A model generated the notes under the pieces. It was not told where the DNA came from. It saw only the letters and a program-made list of their open reading frames with translations, and ran no database searches. From the NCBI GenBank assembly GCA_038230375.1, contig JBBRNJ010000026.1:36683-100682 (forward strand): a DNA stretch of 64,000 bases, written 5' to 3'. Positions 59,699-64,000 of the stretch are shown here, piece by piece. The position numbers and the translations under genes were made by a program. Within the stretch, counting starts at the first letter, position 1. Every line of letters begins with the position of its first letter. This stretch comes from Polyangiales bacterium. Lineage in GTDB: Bacteria; Myxococcota_A; Polyangia; Polyangiales; Polyangiaceae.

Positions 59699-61762
59699 GT
59701 GCGCCGCATGCGCCCGCATCGAGCAGCAGCAACGCTCGCGATCTGCGCCGCGGTGCTGGCGGTGCTTGGCGCGGGCCGCTCGGCACATGCTCAGCCCGCG
59801 CAACCGACCGCGGCTCCTGGTGCCTCCGGCCCATCCACCGCCCCCGCCACTGGTCCTGCGGCCACCGTGCCATCTGTGCCCCCGACTGCCCCCGCGTCGG
59901 ACGAGACGCGCGCCGACGTTGCTCGCGCGTACGAGGCCGCCATGCGTGCGCGGAGGCTCGGCACGCTGGACTCCATGAGCTTCGACGAGTTCAAGGAGCG
60001 CGTCGCCGCCGCCGAGGAGCTGGAGTTCGCGGGCCGCAACCTGGAGGCGATCTCGGCGCTCACGGAGATCGTCGAGAGCACGCGCTTCGCGATCTACGAA
60101 GGCACCAGTGAGGGCCGCGCGGCCGTTTATTTCCTGGGCGCGGCGTATGCGAACGCAGGCGTGTTCGAGCCCGCGCGCGCCTACTTCCGCAAGTCGCTCG
60201 CAATGAAGGACGCCTGGGCGGATCGCGCCCAGTACGCGCGCAAGGCCACCAGTCGCATCGTGGAGATCGCGATCACCGAGGACGAGCCTGCGCGTGGCCT
60301 CGCCGATCTCAAGGATGTGCCTGCAAGCGCACCTGCAGACGTGCAAGGCGAGCTCACGTACCTGCGCGGTCGTGCGAAGGACAAAGACGGTGACGCCGAC
60401 GGCGCGCTCGCCGCCTATGGGCAGGTGCAGCAGTCCTCGCGCTTCTGGTCGCAGGCCATGTACCTCTCCGGTCTCATCCAGGTGGAGCGCAAGCGCTACG
60501 CCGAGGCAGAGGCGCTCTTCTGCAAGGTCGCCGACCCAAAGCGTCAGGACAAGTCCACCCCCGCGCTCGCGGACGCAAAGTTCTTCGCTGTGCGCGATCT
60601 CGCGCGGCTCGCGCTTGGCCGTCTCGCGCACGAGCAGTATCGCTTCGACGACTCGCGCTACTACTACTACCTGGTCCCGCGCGACTCCGAGCGGCTCGCC
60701 GAGGCGCTCTACGAAGCCGCCACCTCCCGCTACGAGAAGAAGGACTACGAAGGCGCGCGCGAGCTGCTCGACGACCTCACCGCCTTGAAGGCACACCACC
60801 GCTACGAGGACGAGGCCATGGTCCTTGGCGCCTACCTGGACCTTGCGCAGTGCAAGTTCAAGGACGCGGACGACAAGCTCCGCGGCTTCATCGTTCGCTA
60901 CGAGCCCGTGCGTGATGCGGCACGCAAGCTGGCTGCGAACGATCAGCGCATGAACGCGCTGCTGTCCGCGGCGAAGAGCGGCGCAGACGCAGGCGGCGTG
61001 GATTTCGCCGGCGTTGCCGTCACACCCGAGGCCATGCGAACCATTGCATCGCTCGTGCGCGTGGACCCTGCATACGCGGAGATGTCGCGACGCCGCGGTG
61101 TACTCGATCGCGAGCTGGGCGCGCTGTCTGCCACGCAGAAGGAGCTCGAGTCCATCCAGGCTGCGCTGGTGACGGCGGGTGGCGTACGGCCCACCGCGCA
61201 GGACGGCGTGGACGTGCGCGAGAAGAGGGCGCGCCTCGAGAAGGAGGTCGAGAGCGTGCGCAGGCAGCTCGAAGATCTGGAGGCAAGCGGCGTTGGCCAG
61301 AAGGAGACGGAGCCGCTGCGCGCGGAGCTCACGCGCCTCTCCACGGCCGCAAGCGCCAAGGATCCCGCGGCGGCGGAGCTCGGTCCCATCGGCACGGGCA
61401 AGGACCTTCCGGATCTGGTGGCCCAGGACACGCAGCGTGTGAAGAAGCTCAATGGCGATCTCACGGCGCTTCGCGGATCGCTCGTGTCCGCGGAGAGCGC
61501 GCTCGCGAAGGACGCCCTGGCGCGGCTCGACATGCGCCTCTCGCGCCTGCTCCGTCGCGCACGGCTCGGCCGCATCGAGTCCGTGCTCGGCAAGAAGCGC
61601 GCGCTCGAGGTCGAGATCGGCGCGATCCAGAACGGCTACCTGCCGCAGGACGCGGTCGACGCGCTCGAGCCCGTTCGCTACCTGAAGGACAACGAGGAGT
61701 ACTGGCCGTTCGAGGGCGACGACTGGCCGGACGAGTACGTCGGCGCGGAGGGCATCAAGTGA
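59699..61762 (+). CDS. TPR protein, GltC/NfsC-like
   Basis: TPRs such as 'VRDLARLALGRLAHE' and 'ALYEAA'. C-terminal 'EYWPFEGDDWPDEY' resembles the GltC-type WPFxGExWxDE ending. Confidence 0.7.
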   Translation: MRRMRPHRAAATLAICAAVLAVLGAGRSAHAQPAQPTAAPGASGPSTAPATGPAATVPSVPPTAPASDETRADVARAYEAAMRARRLGTLDSMSFDEFKERVAAAEELEFAGRNLEAISALTEIVESTRFAIYEGTSEGRAAVYFLGAAYANAGVFEPARAYFRKSLAMKDAWADRAQYARKATSRIVEIAITEDEPARGLADLKDVPASAPADVQGELTYLRGRAKDKDGDADGALAAYGQVQQSSRFWSQAMYLSGLIQVERKRYAEAEALFCKVADPKRQDKSTPALADAKFFAVRDLARLALGRLAHEQYRFDDSRYYYYLVPRDSERLAEALYEAATSRYEKKDYEGARELLDDLTALKAHHRYEDEAMVLGAYLDLAQCKFKDADDKLRGFIVRYEPVRDAARKLAANDQRMNALLSAAKSGADAGGVDFAGVAVTPEAMRTIASLVRVDPAYAEMSRRRGVLDRELGALSATQKELESIQAALVTAGGVRPTAQDGVDVREKRARLEKEVESVRRQLEDLEASGVGQKETEPLRAELTRLSTAASAKDPAAAELGPIGTGKDLPDLVAQDTQRVKKLNGDLTALRGSLVSAESALAKDALARLDMRLSRLLRRARLGRIESVLGKKRALEVEIGAIQNGYLPQDAVDALEPVRYLKDNEEYWPFEGDDWPDEYVGAEGIK

Positions 61763-64000
61763 GGCTCCCCGTCACGTTGCGGCGCCGCGTCGTTGCGCTT
61801 GGCGTGTTGCCCGTGCTGTTCGCCAGCCAGGCGCTTGCCGCACCGGACAAGGGCGGCGCGGCAGGCACCGCTGGCACCGGCGGGACAAGCACCACGTCCA
61901 TCGGCTCGGGCACCGTGAAGCCCGCCGAGGAGCGGACCATGGATGCAACACCCATGGGGGCCAAGCCCAAGGACAAGGCAGCGGCAGCGCCGGGCTCCAC
62001 GGGTCCTGGCGGCAAGCCCGCCGTGCGCGGTCCGCGTCTGCCGGACGCCGTGCGCGAGAGGCTGAAGGCGCAGCTCGACGCGCGCGTGGAGCGCGATATC
62101 CAGGAAATCAAGGCGATCCGTGAAGAGGCGGTCACGCTGCTCACGCAGTTCGTCGCGGAGACCCCGCGCGAGTCGCGCGAGCTGCCGGAGGCGCTCCTTC
62201 GTCTGGGCGAGCTCAAATGGGAGATCGAGCGCGAGGCGTTCGTCGCGCGCTTCCAGGTGTGGGAGAAGAAGGCCGCAGCGGATCGCGGTCCGCCGCCCGA
62301 CCCGAACTACGCCGTTGCGCGCGACCTCTTCGGGCGCGTGCTGAAGGACTATCCGAACTTCCCGAACTACGATCTCGCGCTCTACGTGGACGGCTTCATG
62401 GCCACGGAGCAGGGCAAGCACGACGAGGCGATCGATCGCTTCAACCGCATCATCAAGGAGTACCCGCAGTCGCGCTTCATCGCGGACGCGCACATGGCGC
62501 GGGCAGAGTGGCTATTCGGTGTAAAGTACAACTATGCGGAGGCGCTCACCGAATACGAAGAGGTGATGAAGTACAAGCAGAGCGACCTCTACGGACTCTC
62601 GCTCTTCAAGAGCGCCTGGTGCCTCTGGCGCCTGGGCCGCACGGAAGAGGCGGCCAAGCGCTTCGTCAGCGTGTTCGAGGTCACCGACGACAAGAACAAG
62701 GCGAACCTGGGGCAGCGGCAGCAGCTGGATGAGCTCGAGAGCGAGGCGCTGAAGTACCTGGTCGAGGTCTTCACCGAGGACGAGAAGAACACCGCCACGG
62801 ACGTCTATGGCTTCCTCACGAAGATCGGCGGCGATCGCTTTGCAGGCAAGGTCGTGCGCGCGCTGGCCACGCAGTTCTACGACCAGGCGCACTACGAGCG
62901 CGGCGTGGAGGCCTACGAGCTACTCCTGAAGCTGGAGCCCGCGAGCCCCGAGGCAGGGGAGTGGATGCTCAAGATCGCGCAGGGCTACGCGACGCTCGAG
63001 AACTACCCGAAGCTTCGCGACACGTACGCGCGCGCGCTCACTGGCTACACCGCGGGCGGCTCGTGGGCGAAGCAGCAGTCGGACAGCAAGACGGTCGAGA
63101 CCACCACGCAGGCCATCGAGAAGCAGCTCTACGAGCACTCGACGCAGCTCCACGCGAAGGCGCAGAAGGACAAGGTGAGCCGCACCGAGTACGAGGGCGC
63201 CGCCGGCCTGTACGAGGTCTACCTCACCAAGTTCGACAAGGAGCCGCGCGCGTACAAGGCGCAGTTCTACGTCGCCGAGATCGACTTCTATCACCTGGGC
63301 AGGACCACCGAGTCCGCGTCGCACTACATGGCGGCCGCGCGCGGTGTGCCGGAGAAGCTCGCCACCGTGGAGCCCGACAAGACGTTGCGGCACGACGCGA
63401 TCTACAACGCGATCGCCGCGCTCGAGCGCGTGCGCCTGGCGGAGCTCGAGGCCCGCAAGAAGCAGGGCGACAAGGCGCAGGGCTTCCAGGAGACGGAGAT
63501 CGACAAGAAGTTCGCGGAGGCGCTCGACCTGTACGCGCAGCTCTATCCGAACGACCCCGCGCTGCCCGAGCTGCTCTTCCGTCAGGGCAAGCTCTATTAC
63601 GACTACGGCGTCTACGATCCCGCGGTGAAGATCTGGGGCGCGCTGCTCGAGAAGTTCCCGCGATCGCAGTACGCGCAGGGCGCAGGCGAGCTGATCCTGG
63701 ACTCGTTCAATCGCTCGAAGAACTACGAGAACATCGAGACCTGGGCCCGCCGCCTGAAGAGCGCGCCCGCATTCCAGTCCGCAGAGCAGCAGAAGAAGCT
63801 GGACGTGCTGCTGGTGCAGTCGGTCTTCAAGCAGGGCGAGCAGAAGGGCTCCGCGAACGATCACGCAGGCGCCGCTGCCGCGTACCTTCGCGCCGCGAAG
63901 GAGTTCCCGAAGGACGCTCGCGCCGCGCAGGCGTGCGTGAATGCGATCATCGAGGGACAGAAGGCCCACGACTCCAGCGTGATCAAGACCGCTGCGACGC
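61759..64000 (+). CDS. Large TPR protein, GltD(AgmU)/NfsD-like, truncated by the window end
   Basis: Not in the ORF track. GTG at 61759 overlaps the upstream TGA and the frame stays open to 64000: 'VRLPVTLRRRVVALGVLPVLFASQALA...REEAVTLLTQF...PEALLRLGELKWE...IIKEYPQSRFIADA...SLFKSAWCLW'. Confidence 0.8.
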   Translation, partial: MRLPVTLRRRVVALGVLPVLFASQALAAPDKGGAAGTAGTGGTSTTSIGSGTVKPAEERTMDATPMGAKPKDKAAAAPGSTGPGGKPAVRGPRLPDAVRERLKAQLDARVERDIQEIKAIREEAVTLLTQFVAETPRESRELPEALLRLGELKWEIEREAFVARFQVWEKKAAADRGPPPDPNYAVARDLFGRVLKDYPNFPNYDLALYVDGFMATEQGKHDEAIDRFNRIIKEYPQSRFIADAHMARAEWLFGVKYNYAEALTEYEEVMKYKQSDLYGLSLFKSAWCLWRLGRTEEAAKRFVSVFEVTDDKNKANLGQRQQLDELESEALKYLVEVFTEDEKNTATDVYGFLTKIGGDRFAGKVVRALATQFYDQAHYERGVEAYELLLKLEPASPEAGEWMLKIAQGYATLENYPKLRDTYARALTGYTAGGSWAKQQSDSKTVETTTQAIEKQLYEHSTQLHAKAQKDKVSRTEYEGAAGLYEVYLTKFDKEPRAYKAQFYVAEIDFYHLGRTTESASHYMAAARGVPEKLATVEPDKTLRHDAIYNAIAALERVRLAELEARKKQGDKAQGFQETEIDKKFAEALDLYAQLYPNDPALPELLFRQGKLYYDYGVYDPAVKIWGALLEKFPRSQYAQGAGELILDSFNRSKNYENIETWARRLKSAPAFQSAEQQKKLDVLLVQSVFKQGEQKGSANDHAGAAAAYLRAAKEFPKDARAAQACVNAIIEGQKAHDSSVIKTAAT

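Overview
A GC-rich, gene-dense bacterial chromosome segment. Its gene style points to a myxobacterium, probably Polyangiales/Sorangiineae (inference): an ECF sigma/anti-sigma module, two Hanks-type Ser/Thr kinases, an RCC1-repeat lipoprotein, a MYXO-CTERM-like tail, many Cys-rich lipoproteins and Glt/Nfs-like TPR and beta-barrel genes. Recognisable genes are divergent oxyR-katG with a near-perfect OxyR box, citrate synthase gltA (broken by one in-frame TAG), ruvA, coaD, purine nucleoside phosphorylase, cdd, proB, a 3-hydroxyacyl-CoA dehydrogenase, a PcaF/PaaJ-type thiolase, a REC-GGDEF diguanylate cyclase, a DsbA-like protein and a sigma-54 activator. I saw no rRNA, tRNA, CRISPR array or mobile element. 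The best candidate for an undescribed system is a three-gene operon (42573-49019) behind a putative sigma-54 promoter. It encodes two hydrazine-synthase-alpha-like beta-propeller c-type cytochrome lipoproteins, one with three tandem haem domains of non-canonical CX8CH/CX4CH spacing, flanking an exported HEAT-repeat protein. Other notable items: a Glt/Nfs-like envelope cluster at the right edge, a MinD/FlhG ATPase fused to an HPD-less J-domain and an HTH, a DEDDh exonuclease-WYL fusion, and a Rieske oxygenase plus HxD...H oxygenase pair next to a poly-Asp protein. All family calls come from motif reading by eye, not database searches.
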